Shown here in pieces: positions 1 to 8,829 of a DNA stretch of 64,000 nucleotides; position 1 is the first letter of the stretch, and every line of letters begins with the position of its first letter. The stretch covers positions 8,577-72,576 of the forward strand of contig JBFYLO010000011.1 of NCBI GenBank assembly GCA_041305385.1, written 5' to 3'. A program made the translations under genes and the position numbers. This DNA is from Candidatus Micrarchaeota archaeon. Lineage in GTDB: Archaea; Micrarchaeota; Micrarchaeia; Burarchaeales; JAKAKT01. Under the pieces are notes generated by a model that was not told where the DNA came from, did no database searches, and saw only the letters and a list, made by a program, of their open reading frames with translations.

Positions 1-356
1 TTCCTTATGACAAACGGAAGGAAGAGCTTCCTGAGGTTCCCATGCCTGTAGTCTACATATCTCCAGACTCTGGTCGCCATCGCCTTCGGGGTCAGCGGCA
101 TCTTCGCCCTGGACCCAGTGACAGGCATGTCAAGCGGGGCCGGCAATATGGTGAGCCCGCCGACAGCCACAGCATCAAGCTGTCCTGCAGCAATCCCTGC
201 AGTCTTGAGGGTCCACTCAAGTGCTTCTTTCGGGAACCCGCTTGAGTTTTTCTTCTTGTCGAACCTTTCCTGCTGGGCAGCGGAGATTATCCGCCCATCC
301 CGCATTAGGCATACTGAAGAGCAGTGCCCCACATGGAGTCCGAGTATCAAAACCAT
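1..356 (-). CDS. Carbamoyltransferase (NodU/CmcH/TobZ family, Kae1-like N-terminal domain). Partial: the 3' end runs off the window edge.
   Basis: Minus-strand translation from ATG at 354-356 gives MVLILGLHVGHCSSVCLMRDGRIISAAQQERFDKKKNSSGFPKEALEW..., which matches the carbamoyltransferase N-terminal pattern (ILG.H..HDSSA.L..DG.I..A.QEERF.R.KH...FP). It is absent from the ORF track because the frame is open to position 1. A TATA-like TTTAAAATTAT lies ~30 bp upstream at 384-394. The plus-strand ORFs 42..245 and 118..387 are Arg-rich shadow frames. Confidence 0.5.
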   Translation of the reverse strand, partial: MVLILGLHVGHCSSVCLMRDGRIISAAQQERFDKKKNSSGFPKEALEWTLKTAGIAAGQLDAVAVGGLTILPAPLDMPVTGSRAKMPLTPKAMATRVWRYVDYRHGNLRKLFLPFVIR

Positions 357-389
357 TGAATCAGCTCATTCATTTTTGAAGGGATAATT

Positions 390-1274
390 TTAAATCCCGC
401 TCAGTTTTTCAGGAAGTTCTGTTATTGAGTTCAAAACGAGCTTCGGCTTGTAATCCGGGCCAGCCTTCTCAACGTCCTCCTTGCTCGAGGCTCCGGTCAG
501 CACCAAAACTGTGTAGAGACCCATGTCATTGCCCCCGAGAATGTCGGTCTCGAGCCTGTCTCCAACGAGGAGTGTTTCCTCGGCTTTTGTCCCGAGTTCT
601 TTCAGCGCCTGCTCGAACATCAGCAAATACGGCTTCCCAACAACGATGTCTGGCTTCCTCTGGGCGGCCCAGACAAGGGAGGCGACCATCGAGCCAGCCC
701 CGGGGAGCGGCCCGCTCTCAGTGGGGAGGGTTGCGTCCTCGTTTGTGGCAATGAACTTTGCGCCCCTCTTCAGGGCCCTGAACGCGATTGCCAGCTTTTC
801 GTAGGTCAATCTCCTGTCAAGCCCGACAACCACAAAGTCCGCGCCATCGTCCATCACCAGGTCGAAGCCGGCCCTGTCCAGTTCTTCAGCCAGGCCCTCC
901 TCCCCGATTATGAATACCCTGCCTTTCCCGTACCTCTCCTTAAGGTAGCTCGCTGCGCAATAGGCAGAGCTCATGATTTCCTCTTCCTCAACCGAGAACC
1001 CGTTCTCGAAAAGGTATTTCCTAATCATCCTCCTGCTCCTAGTGGCGTTGTTGGTAAGGAAGCGGAGCTTCAGGCCCATGTCCCGAAGTTTCTTCACCGC
1101 AGCAGGAGCTCCGGGGACCGCGTCCCTCCCCAGCACAAGGACTCCGTCCAGGTCAATTGCAGATGCCTTGAAATCCAACCAATCACTCGAGAGAAATGGG
1201 CATAGAAAGATATTTAAATCTCCCAGCGAAAATCCAGAACGAAGGTGATAGTATGAGCAAATTCGTGATTGCAA
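390..1274 (-). CDS. HAD-superfamily hydrolase, subfamily IIA (NagD-like sugar phosphatase)
   Basis: HAD motif I is AIDLDGVLVLG. Downstream are LRFLTNN and a C-terminal GDRLETDILGG (motif IV). The DxDG motif sits ~40 aa into the ORF, so the true start is more likely the in-frame TTG at 1176-1178 (giving MDFKASAIDLDG) than the ORF-track start at 1274. Confidence 0.7.
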   Translation of the reverse strand: MQSRICSYYHLRSGFSLGDLNIFLCPFLSSDWLDFKASAIDLDGVLVLGRDAVPGAPAAVKKLRDMGLKLRFLTNNATRSRRMIRKYLFENGFSVEEEEIMSSAYCAASYLKERYGKGRVFIIGEEGLAEELDRAGFDLVMDDGADFVVVGLDRRLTYEKLAIAFRALKRGAKFIATNEDATLPTESGPLPGAGSMVASLVWAAQRKPDIVVGKPYLLMFEQALKELGTKAEETLLVGDRLETDILGGNDMGLYTVLVLTGASSKEDVEKAGPDYKPKLVLNSITELPEKLSGI

Positions 1275-1504
1275 AGCAGCTCGCTGGCAAAAAGCTTATT
1301 ACCAACGAAGGCGAGGAGATAGGCAAGCTCGTCGACGTGAACGTGAACGAAGTAACTGGCAAACTCGAGTCCATCGTCATTGAGCCGAATCCGGACAACC
1401 CGACCGCGAGGTCACTCCACAAGAGCGACGGAATGATATTGATAAAATACAACGCAGTTCTTGCTGTTTCTGACCACATAATAGTAGACAAGAAGGGCCT
1501 CTAG
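1253..1504 (+). CDS. PRC-barrel domain protein
   Basis: ATG at 1253 is preceded by AGGTGAT (SD-like) and TATTTAAAT (1211-1219). The small acidic beta-barrel-like sequence ITNEGEEIGKLVDVNVNEVTGKLESIVIE is typical of archaeal PRC-barrel proteins. Confidence 0.55.
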   Translation: MSKFVIAKQLAGKKLITNEGEEIGKLVDVNVNEVTGKLESIVIEPNPDNPTARSLHKSDGMILIKYNAVLAVSDHIIVDKKGL

Positions 1505-1544
1505 AGCCCGCTTGTTTTTATTTTTGCTCTTCCTACCCCTAGTC

Positions 1545-2195
1545 ATGGGTTTCATTGCCGGAGCTGACGAGGCGGGGAGAGGATGCTTGATAGGGCCACT
1601 GGTAATTGGGATAGCATTCGCCAAGGAGGGTTCGGAAGAGCAGATTCGCAGGCTTGGAGCAAAGGATTCGAAACTCCTCTCGCCTTCCTCTCGAACCCGC
1701 CTTTATTCCGAGCTCTCCTCAGTCTGCCGCTTCAAACTCGTCAAAATCACTGCAGAGGAGCTTAATTTACTAATGAAAACCAAGAGCCTGAACGAGATTG
1801 AGGCAATGAAGATAGCTGAGGGAATGAAAGGGGAGGAGGTTTTGGAATTTTTCGTGGATTCCCCGGATACAATCACAAAGAGATTTGAGAAGAGAATTCG
1901 CTCGTATGGCTTCAACCCCAAAAAACTCATCAGCGAGCACAAGGCAGACTCTAAATTCCCGATAGTTTCAGCAGCCTCGATTGCTGCGAAAGTGGAAAGA
2001 GACGAGGAACTTGAAAAAATAAAGCGCGAGGTCGGTTTCGATTTTGGGAGCGGCTATACCTCAGACGAGAGGACAATTGATTTCGTGAAAAAGAATCTCG
2101 CCAATAAGATTCTCCAAAAATATCTCCGCACCAAGTGGGTGACTCTCGACAACATGAAGCAAAGAAAGCTCGGGGATTTCGAAGAAGAGGACTAG
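1545..2195 (+). CDS. rnhB: Ribonuclease HII
   Basis: N-terminus MGFIAGADEAGRGCLIGPLVIGIAF matches the RNase HII GIDEAGRGP catalytic motif. ATG at 1545 is chosen over the upstream TTG at 1512. Confidence 0.85.
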   Translation: MGFIAGADEAGRGCLIGPLVIGIAFAKEGSEEQIRRLGAKDSKLLSPSSRTRLYSELSSVCRFKLVKITAEELNLLMKTKSLNEIEAMKIAEGMKGEEVLEFFVDSPDTITKRFEKRIRSYGFNPKKLISEHKADSKFPIVSAASIAAKVERDEELEKIKREVGFDFGSGYTSDERTIDFVKKNLANKILQKYLRTKWVTLDNMKQRKLGDFEEED

Positions 2196-3127
2196 AGCCT
2201 CAATCTCCCAATAACCCTCAGCCCCCTGTTCGCTCCAATCAACAGAGCCGAGTCTCCTTTTTTATAGGAAAATGGCTTTATGAGCGTCAGCTTAACTTTT
2301 CCGCTCCCCCCACCCTTCACTTCCCCTGAAACTTTACCGCTCGCATACTGCATCCCATAGGAAACAAAAACATCCTCGCTTCCAGAAACAGGAGTTCTTT
2401 GGAATTTTGTCATTTCGAGCCCGCAGGAAAGTTCATCCGCAGTCTCAAACCCTTCCCCATTAACCAGCTCAACCCCCCGCTCAACATCCTCGAGATCAAC
2501 TCCCTTCAAGCACAGCCCCGTCCTGTCCCCGGCGCTCGATTCCTGCACGTCCTTGTCCTGGACTTGAATGGAGCGCACAGAAGCAGTCTTGCCAGAGGGA
2601 AGAGCCCTCAACTCGCCATGCACTTTAACTGTTCCGCTCTTTACGATTCCCAGCACAACGAGCCCGACGCTTTTCACAACAAAGGCTGAATCCACAGGAA
2701 CTCGGAGAGGCGAAGAGACAGCCCGGTCAATATTAACCGAATCCAGTTTTTGGAGCATGGCTGAAGCATTGTTCTCGCAAGTTTCGAATTTCTCCACAGC
2801 TGTTCCCTTTGCAATCCCCGCCAATTCCTCTTTCGTTCCATCCCTGAAAACTACTACCCCTTTCATCCCAAGCGAATCAAGGGCGACAATGCATTCCCCA
2901 ATCTCCTTGCTCACTCCATCGAAAACAAGCAATGCAATGTCTGAGGAGTTCAGGCAATGGAGGAGCGAGACCAGTTTTTCTGGATAAAGGCTCGGCTCAT
3001 ACAAGCAAAGGACCGAATCATCAGTTTTCCTGTTGTAAATGGTATAATCGCTCGCTGTGCCCTTCTTTGCGAGTTTTCCCGCAGTCTCAAATTTCAGGTC
3101 TATTACGGTGACACCCAAGTTTCGCAT
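2192..3127 (-). CDS. EF-Tu/EF-1alpha-like three-domain protein with degenerate (non-canonical) G-domain motifs
   Basis: Domain II/III beta-barrel signature DSAFVVKSVGLVVLGIVKSGTVKVHGELRALPSGKTASVRSIQVQDKDVQESSAGDRTGLCLKGVDLEDVERGVELV aligns with EF-Tu/SelB domain II. The N-terminus NLGVTVIDLKFETAGKL lacks the GxxxxGK[ST] P-loop, and DxxG/NKxD are absent. Confidence 0.45.
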   Translation of the reverse strand: MRNLGVTVIDLKFETAGKLAKKGTASDYTIYNRKTDDSVLCLYEPSLYPEKLVSLLHCLNSSDIALLVFDGVSKEIGECIVALDSLGMKGVVVFRDGTKEELAGIAKGTAVEKFETCENNASAMLQKLDSVNIDRAVSSPLRVPVDSAFVVKSVGLVVLGIVKSGTVKVHGELRALPSGKTASVRSIQVQDKDVQESSAGDRTGLCLKGVDLEDVERGVELVNGEGFETADELSCGLEMTKFQRTPVSGSEDVFVSYGMQYASGKVSGEVKGGGSGKVKLTLIKPFSYKKGDSALLIGANRGLRVIGRLRL

Positions 3128-3155
3128 GGGAACGTTCTAGAGGAGAAAATTATTA

Positions 3156-4475
3156 TTAGTTCCCAAGCTCCCCGTGAACTCTCACTAAGAATTCGTTCAG
3201 CTTCCCAGGCTCGAGCTTCCCGCCAGCAGCGATGTTGTGCCCTCCCCCCAAGCCAATCCCCTCAGTCGCGGCGTGCAAGAGCTTCGAGAGATTAACTCCC
3301 TCCTTAATGAGCTTCTGCGTGGCCCTGCCTGAAATCTTTATGCTTCCTTCATCGTAAAATGCGATTGCAATTATCGGCTTGTCCCTGCTTATAACCGAAT
3401 ACAGCATCCCGGCTACGACCCCGATAATCCCGTCCTCAATTACTCCCCGTCCATCCAAAAAGTAGAACTTTCCATAGTCCTCAACAGCATTCCGCCCATA
3501 TTCAATGCCGTCCCTCAGGGCTTTCCTGTGCTTCAGCAGAAGGGCGCTCGCTTCCTTGTAGGCTCCCTCCTCGCCAAGGCAAACCCCTACCCCGACCTCG
3601 GGCTTCCCGTGCCTCCCGCAGGCATTAATCAAAGTGGAGAATTCCTTCGCATCCGAGAGCTCGGTTCCAGCCGGCCTTCTAGGGAGCCCATAAACCTCCC
3701 CAATCAGTTCGCTGGCACTGTGGCCCTTCCCTACAGAATAAAGGTGCTTCACAAGCCCGCTCACAAATGTTTTTTTCTCCTCCCTGCTCAGTTCCCCGTA
3801 TTTCCTCCAGTTTTCCCCTTGCTTGGGCTCAATCCCGATGTCAGCGAGAAATGTTCCGGCTTTCTCCTCGCTCCCGGTTATCCCAGGCAAGTAGGGTTCG
3901 GTGCAGTAGGCAAGAAAAGAAACTAGCGGCCTGCTCACCCTTCCGAAGAGCCTCAAGTCCTGCTCGCAAGTTATTTCACCAGCCTCAACTCCCTGCTCGA
4001 GCACTTTCCTGTTCCAGCCAATGAACGGGTCCTGCATGTCCCCAACTGAGCCAACGATTGCGAGGTCCGCAAGGGAAGGCTCGCTGAAAACCAGGTAAGC
4101 GGTGCTCGAAGCAGACAGCTCCTTCCCGCCGTCAATTCCGAAAATGAAGGGGTTCACCTGGAGCACCTTACTATCATTGGCCTGGTGGTGGTCTATTATC
4201 AGCACTTCCGAATCAGGCAGGAGCTCCCCAATCCTCTCCCCCATCGCCCCGCCAAAATCAACGAAAACAATTTCGCGCTCACCCCTCAGCCCCTTCACAA
4301 TCCCCTCATCGAGGCTCCTGAAAGTTCTATTCTGAGGGTCCTTCCCCATCCCCATGAGTCCTTTCTTCACAAGCGAGCCAGAGCAAACCCCATCGCAGTC
4401 GTAGTGGTTGACAATGAGAGGATTCTTCATTCTCGCAAGAAACTCTCGCCCCTCTTTGCACCTGTCCTCGAACAT
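3156..4475 (-). CDS. DHH-family phosphoesterase (archaeal RecJ/GAN-like nuclease)
   Basis: Contains HYDCDGVCS (DHH motif I), VDFGG and IIDHHQ (DHH motifs), and a GGGH-containing DHHA1-like C-terminus. TATA TTTAAATATTT lies on the minus strand at 4495-4506. Confidence 0.7.
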   Translation of the reverse strand: MFEDRCKEGREFLARMKNPLIVNHYDCDGVCSGSLVKKGLMGMGKDPQNRTFRSLDEGIVKGLRGEREIVFVDFGGAMGERIGELLPDSEVLIIDHHQANDSKVLQVNPFIFGIDGGKELSASSTAYLVFSEPSLADLAIVGSVGDMQDPFIGWNRKVLEQGVEAGEITCEQDLRLFGRVSRPLVSFLAYCTEPYLPGITGSEEKAGTFLADIGIEPKQGENWRKYGELSREEKKTFVSGLVKHLYSVGKGHSASELIGEVYGLPRRPAGTELSDAKEFSTLINACGRHGKPEVGVGVCLGEEGAYKEASALLLKHRKALRDGIEYGRNAVEDYGKFYFLDGRGVIEDGIIGVVAGMLYSVISRDKPIIAIAFYDEGSIKISGRATQKLIKEGVNLSKLLHAATEGIGLGGGHNIAAGGKLEPGKLNEFLVRVHGELGN

Positions 4476-4513
4476 ACATTAACTTCGCCAAAGAAAATAT
4501 TTAAACCGGTCAG

Positions 4514-4622
4514 GGCAGCAGGTGCCGCGGCGCTTGCAGTCTCGCCCTCGGCCGTCTGCAAGCGGCCGCCCCCGAGGGCTGGCCGAGCCATCCGGATGGC
4601 TCGCCGCAATTGGCACTGCTGC
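4514..4622. repeat. GC-rich triple-hairpin intergenic element, copy A (terminal inverted repeats GGCAGCAGGTGCC / GGCACTGCTGCC)
   Basis: Hairpins: CGCTTGCAG..CTGCAAGCG; GCCCCCGAGGGC; GAGCCATCCGGATGGCTC (perfect palindrome). It lies in the divergent intergenic region between the recJ-like gene and the small membrane gene. Homologous copies sit at 10501-10600, 11711-11806, 56250-56354 and 61649-61763. Confidence 0.55.
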
Positions 4623-4628
4623 CTAAGG

Positions 4629-4637
4629 TATTTAAAT
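4629..4637 (+). promoter_or_regulatory. Archaeal TATA box (TATTTAAAT) about 32 bp upstream of the ATG at 4669
   Basis: The same palindromic TATTTAAAT box recurs at 1211-1219 and 9335-9343, and as a near variant at 4495-4506. The ATG is preceded by GGTGGT (SD-like). Confidence 0.4.
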
Positions 4638-4668
4638 CCCGAGAGTCCAGAGTTCTACTGGTGGTAAG

Positions 4669-4884
4669 ATGAAAAGCCCAGCAGGCTTCTTGCTCGAAGT
4701 TATCGGTGCAGTCCTAGTGGTTGCTTCCATTGCAGCAGCAGGACCGGCAATCGGTTCAATAATAGGCGGAACCACGAATGCAGTTTCCGATGTTCTAGGG
4801 GTGGTGTTCCTCGCCATAGCGGGGGTGGTGGGATTTGCCCTTGGTCTGTTCATGCACAAGATTGAGGCACTCGCAGGTGAGTAG
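4669..4884 (+). CDS. Small hydrophobic membrane protein (2 TM), hypothetical
   Basis: Good TATA and SD context. The sequence is Gly/Ala/Val-rich with two predicted TM helices. Confidence 0.4.
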   Translation: MKSPAGFLLEVIGAVLVVASIAAAGPAIGSIIGGTTNAVSDVLGVVFLAIAGVVGFALGLFMHKIEALAGE

Positions 4885-5100
4885 ATGAAAACAAAATTCG
4901 CACTCGCATCGCTAATGCTTCCAGCTCTTTCTTTCGCCCAGAACGCGACCGCAGTTGCAACCCCCTATATCTCGCCCTATTACCCGCTTATAACCAGCCC
5001 ATACCTCGCAGCAACCCTCACCCTGCTCCGGGACATCACGATAATTGTCGTGCTCTGCGTGATTCTCTTCAAGCAGTTCGAGGGGAAAGAGAAGAAATAG
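4885..5100 (+). CDS. Small secreted/membrane protein, hypothetical
   Basis: N-terminal signal peptide MKTKFALASLMLPALSFAQNA and a C-terminal TM segment. Its start abuts the stop of the previous gene. Confidence 0.4.
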   Translation: MKTKFALASLMLPALSFAQNATAVATPYISPYYPLITSPYLAATLTLLRDITIIVVLCVILFKQFEGKEKK

Positions 5101-5142
5101 TTACCGCATCCTGCCAAAGAACAATCTTCTGGCCCGAGCTTC

Positions 5143-6261
5143 TTAACCGAACATCCTGTCGAAGAATCCCTTCCTTTCCTTTTCTTCAGAGTCCCCGATT
5201 TTCTTCAGCGCTTCCTTCTGCTCATCGGTCAATTTAGTCGGAGTCCTCAAAATTACCCGGACAATCAGGTCCCCGCTTCCCCTTCCCCGGATTCTCGTCA
5301 TCCCCTGCCCCCTTAACCTAAAGAGGGTGTGGGTTTGGGTTCCAGCAGGAACAGTGAGTGTCGCTTTCCCCTCAAGAGTGGGAACCTCAACTTCCCCACC
5401 GAGCGCCGCCTTTCCAAATGAGACGGGTACCTCGCAATAGAGGTCATCGCCATCGCGCTTGAAGAACTCGTGGGGCGCCACGTGAACCACCACATACAAA
5501 TCCCCAGATTCTCCACCGTCATAATTCCCTTGCCCGCTCAGCCTCAAATAAGCCCCATCCTCGATTCCAGCAGGGATTTTTACAGTAATCCTATCCTCTC
5601 TCCGAATGCTTCCGCTTCCGCCGCATTTCTTGCATGGCTTTTCGGGAATCGAGCCAGTTCCCCCGCATTTTTCGCAGTCAGAGACTGTCATAAATTGCGC
5701 AAAACCCATCCTTCTGGCACTTCGAACTTTTCCTCTCCCCCCGCATTTCGAGCAAGTCACCCGCTTTCCCCCAAGCGACCCGGTTCCCCTGCACTCGCCG
5801 CAAGGCCCATTCCTGGGAACCATCACTTCCTGCTCAATCCCTGTTCCTGCCTGCTCCAAAGTGATTTGGACATCATAGCGGAGGTCATTATTTCTCCTTC
5901 TTCCCCCTCCGCCCATCCCGAAAAACGATTCGAAGATGTCCCCGCCAAAGCTCCCCCCAGAATCCCCGAAACCGAACTCCCTGAAAACATCCTCGAAGTT
6001 TACGTTCCTGAAGATGTCCTCCTGGGAGTACATCCGGTCAAAGCCCGCATGCCCGAACTGGTCATATTGTGCTCTCTTCTGGGCATCCGAGAGTACAGCG
6101 TAGGCCTCTGAAATCTCCTTGAATCTCTCCCCAGCCCCGGAATCCTTGTTCCTGTCAGGGTGGTACTGGAGGGCGAGCTTCCTGTAGGCGGTTTTTATCT
6201 CATCCAGCGGGGCTGTTTTCGAAACTCCCAGGATTTCGTAGTAATCTTTCTTGGTAGTCAT
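5143..6261 (-). CDS. dnaJ: Chaperone DnaJ
   Basis: J-domain KDYYEILGV...YHPDRN, G/F-rich linker, and four CxxCxGxG zinc-finger repeats ([32 protein letters not shown]). Confidence 0.92.
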   Translation of the reverse strand: MTTKKDYYEILGVSKTAPLDEIKTAYRKLALQYHPDRNKDSGAGERFKEISEAYAVLSDAQKRAQYDQFGHAGFDRMYSQEDIFRNVNFEDVFREFGFGDSGGSFGGDIFESFFGMGGGGRRRNNDLRYDVQITLEQAGTGIEQEVMVPRNGPCGECRGTGSLGGKRVTCSKCGGRGKVRSARRMGFAQFMTVSDCEKCGGTGSIPEKPCKKCGGSGSIRREDRITVKIPAGIEDGAYLRLSGQGNYDGGESGDLYVVVHVAPHEFFKRDGDDLYCEVPVSFGKAALGGEVEVPTLEGKATLTVPAGTQTHTLFRLRGQGMTRIRGRGSGDLIVRVILRTPTKLTDEQKEALKKIGDSEEKERKGFFDRMFG

Positions 6262-6272
6262 TTGGGAGTCCC

Positions 6273-8156
6273 CTATTTCTTGTCATTCACCTTGTAATCC
6301 GCATCGTAGACATTGTCCCCGCCAGGTCCGTAATTGCCCTTGAAGCTGTCGCTTCCTCCACTGGCTCCCGGGCCTGCGGAGCCCCCGCCCCCGCTTCCGC
6401 CAGCACCTGCGCTTCCCTGGTACATAGAACCCCCGGCCTTCTGCATCACGTCCTTTAGTGCGTCTCTCCTAATTTTCACCTGCGCAATGTCCTGGCCTTG
6501 GAGCGCTTTCTTTAGGTCTTCAGTCTTCTCAGAGACTTCCTTCTTCAGGTCTGCTGAAAGCTTTTCCCCATATTCCTTGAGCATCTTCTCAGCAGTATAC
6601 ACCAAGGTTTCCGCTTCATTCTTGGTCTCAGCCTGCTCGCGAACCTCCTTGTCCTTCTCCTCGAACTTCTTTGCCTGTTCCATCATCTTCTCGACATCCT
6701 CCTTCGAGAGCTTGTTCGGGGCCATAATGGTGATTTTCTGCTCCTTCCCAGTCCCCTTGTCCTTCGCAGAGACGCTGAGAATCCCGTTTGCGTCTATGTC
6801 GAAGGCGACCTCCACCTGGGGCACCCCCCTCTGGGCAGGCGGAATCCCGTCCAGCCTGAAGTTGCCGAGCTCGACGTTGTCGCGAGCCATTGCCCGCTCC
6901 CCCTGGAGGACATGGATGTCGACGCTGGTCTGGAAATCAGCAGCAGTCGAGAACACCTGGGTTTTCTTTGTCGGGATGGTTGTGTTCCTGTCGATGAGCT
7001 TGGTCATGACTCCCCCAAGGGTTTCAAGCCCCAGCGAAAGCGGCGTCACATCGAGCAGCAGTATGTCCCGCACTTCCCCACCGAGCACGCCTGCCTGAAT
7101 CGCAGCGCCGAAAGCCACGCACTCCATGGGGTCGACTCCCCCTTCTGCTTTCTTGCCAAGCATGCTCTCAACGAAACGCTGCACAATCGGCATTCTGGTC
7201 GGCCCGCCCACGAGAATCACCCTTCCGATATCATTTGGGGTAACCTTCGCATCAGCGAGCGCCTGTTCAACCGAGCCCCTGCACCTCCGAATCAGCGGTT
7301 CGACAATCTCCTCGAGTTTTGCCCTGGTGAAATCGAACACAAAGTGCTTCGGCCCGCTCGAGTCCGCGCTTATAAACGGCAAATTAATCTGCGAGTTCAA
7401 GGTTGTCGAAAGCTCAATCTTGGCCTTCTCAGCAGCCTCTCGAAGCCTCGTATTAGCAACCGGGTCTTTGGATAAGTCCAGTCCTGTCTCTCCCTTGTAG
7501 TAAGCAACAAGGTAGTCGACAATCGTCCTGTCCATGTCCGTTCCGCCCAGCTGGGTGTCCCCGCTCGTGGACTTGACCTCGAATACCCCGCCTCCGAACT
7601 CCATTACCGTTACATCGAGAGTCCCGCCCCCAAGGTCGAAGACCAGGATTTTCTGCTCCTTCCCGGCTTTGTCAAGCCCATAGGCGAGCGAGGCAGCAGT
7701 CGGCTCGTTGATTATCCTGACTACATCCAGCCCAGCTATCGCTCCGGCATCCTTTGTCGCCTGCCTCTGGTTGTCATCGAAATAGGCAGGAACAGTTATC
7801 ACCGCCTTCTCGACCTTGTCCCCAAGGAACGCCTCCGCGTCCCGCTTAATCTTCTGCAATATGAAGGCCGAAATCTGCTGTGGGGTATACTCCTTCCCAT
7901 AAACCTTGTACCTGTAATCAGTCCCCATTTTCCTCTTCGCAGCCATCACCGTTCCTTCTGGGTTGGTAACTGCCTGCCTTCTCGCCGGCTCGCCAACCAG
8001 CATCTGCCCGTCCTTGGTAAAGGCGACAAATGAAGGGAAGGCCTTCCCAGCCACTGTAGTTCCCTCTGCGCTTGGAATAAGCCTCGGCCTGCCTCCCTCA
8101 AGGACAGCAGCAGCCGAGTTCGAAGTTCCAAGGTCAATTCCGATTATTTTTCCCAT
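6273..8156 (-). CDS. dnaK: Chaperone DnaK (Hsp70)
   Basis: Contains [17 protein letters not shown] and the C-terminal GG-rich tail. The ATG at 8156 is preceded by GAGGTG; the ORF track extends to a TTG at 8177. Confidence 0.93.
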   Translation of the reverse strand: MGKIIGIDLGTSNSAAAVLEGGRPRLIPSAEGTTVAGKAFPSFVAFTKDGQMLVGEPARRQAVTNPEGTVMAAKRKMGTDYRYKVYGKEYTPQQISAFILQKIKRDAEAFLGDKVEKAVITVPAYFDDNQRQATKDAGAIAGLDVVRIINEPTAASLAYGLDKAGKEQKILVFDLGGGTLDVTVMEFGGGVFEVKSTSGDTQLGGTDMDRTIVDYLVAYYKGETGLDLSKDPVANTRLREAAEKAKIELSTTLNSQINLPFISADSSGPKHFVFDFTRAKLEEIVEPLIRRCRGSVEQALADAKVTPNDIGRVILVGGPTRMPIVQRFVESMLGKKAEGGVDPMECVAFGAAIQAGVLGGEVRDILLLDVTPLSLGLETLGGVMTKLIDRNTTIPTKKTQVFSTAADFQTSVDIHVLQGERAMARDNVELGNFRLDGIPPAQRGVPQVEVAFDIDANGILSVSAKDKGTGKEQKITIMAPNKLSKEDVEKMMEQAKKFEEKDKEVREQAETKNEAETLVYTAEKMLKEYGEKLSADLKKEVSEKTEDLKKALQGQDIAQVKIRRDALKDVMQKAGGSMYQGSAGAGGSGGGGSAGPGASGGSDSFKGNYGPGGDNVYDADYKVNDKK

Positions 8157-8211
8157 ATTCAACACCTCTAAACGCAAGTTTTTTCCAGGCTCGCAACAAA
8201 AAAATCCAACT

Positions 8212-8257
8212 GCCCGAGTTCTCGAGGCATCCCGAGATGCCTGTTTTCGAGCCGGGC
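8212..8257 (-). promoter_or_regulatory. Nested palindrome GCCCGAG..CTCGAGGCATCCCGAGATGCC..CGAGCCGGGC between grpE and dnaK; candidate operator or intra-operon attenuator
   Basis: Perfect GGCATC/GATGCC stem with a CCGAG loop, flanked by CTCGAG and GCCCG/CGGGC arms. A T-run follows on the minus strand. The CCGAG-loop hairpin resembles the repeat family. Confidence 0.3.
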
Positions 8258-8277
8258 GAGCATTTTTTTGTTTTGTC

Positions 8278-8829
8278 TCACCTAGCTTTCTCCTCTTCAG
8301 CAGGCTTCCTCGTCACGCTCACCATGGCGTGCCTGAGAATCCGCCCGTTGTAAATGTATCCCTTCCTCATCTCCTTTGCGACAACCCCCTCTCCCCCCTC
8401 GCTTTCGACCATCTCGACCGCATCGCACCGGTCAGGGTCGAACTTCTTCCCAAGGCATACTATGGGCTCCACGCCCTCCCCCTCTAAGAGGTCCTCCAGC
8501 TTCTTGTGCAGGAGGCGGATGCCGTTCCGCAGCTCGCTCTCGCTGCTTGCGTGCATATGGGCCTCTGCGGCCTCGAACTCGTCGGCAAGGGCTATGAGCT
8601 TTGCAAGGACTGCCCCCCTGCCCTTTTCCGAGGCCTCGCCCTTCTCCTTCTCCGTCCGTTTCTGGTAGTTCTCGAACTCCGCCTGAAGCCTCTTCAGGTC
8701 ATTCACGAGCTCCGAGTTTTCCTTTTTCAATCCCTCGGCCTCGCTTTCCCCGGTTTCGAGAGCCACCTTGTCCTCCCCTTCTCCGCACTCAGCCCGCTCT
8801 TTCTGTTGATTCTCCCCTTCGACCATCAC
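8278..8829 (-). CDS. grpE: Nucleotide exchange factor GrpE
   Basis: Coiled-coil N-terminus [14 protein letters not shown] and the conserved GrpE C-terminal beta domain. It overlaps the upstream regulator gene by 4 bp. Confidence 0.85.
   Translation of the reverse strand: MMVEGENQQKERAECGEGEDKVALETGESEAEGLKKENSELVNDLKRLQAEFENYQKRTEKEKGEASEKGRGAVLAKLIALADEFEAAEAHMHASSESELRNGIRLLHKKLEDLLEGEGVEPIVCLGKKFDPDRCDAVEMVESEGGEGVVAKEMRKGYIYNGRILRHAMVSVTRKPAEEEKAR

Noticed and set aside
42-387. Plus-strand ORFs 42..245 and 118..387 (Arg/Pro-rich)
   Set aside because: They overlap a much better minus-strand carbamoyltransferase frame at 1..356 with clear family similarity. The composition is typical of shadow frames in GC-rich DNA.
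6334-7500. Long antisense ORFs inside dnaK (6334..7098, 6912..7475, 7126..7500) and similar ones opposite cysS (17633..18448), the P-type ATPase (23257..24153), MFS (26965..28028), NHL (40345..41442), GGR (52787..53659), GDH-like (54072..55088) and LemA (51434..52120)
   Set aside because: Each lies fully within a confidently assigned gene on the other strand. The sequences are low-complexity, Ser/Pro/Arg-rich and lack start context, so they are shadow ORFs.
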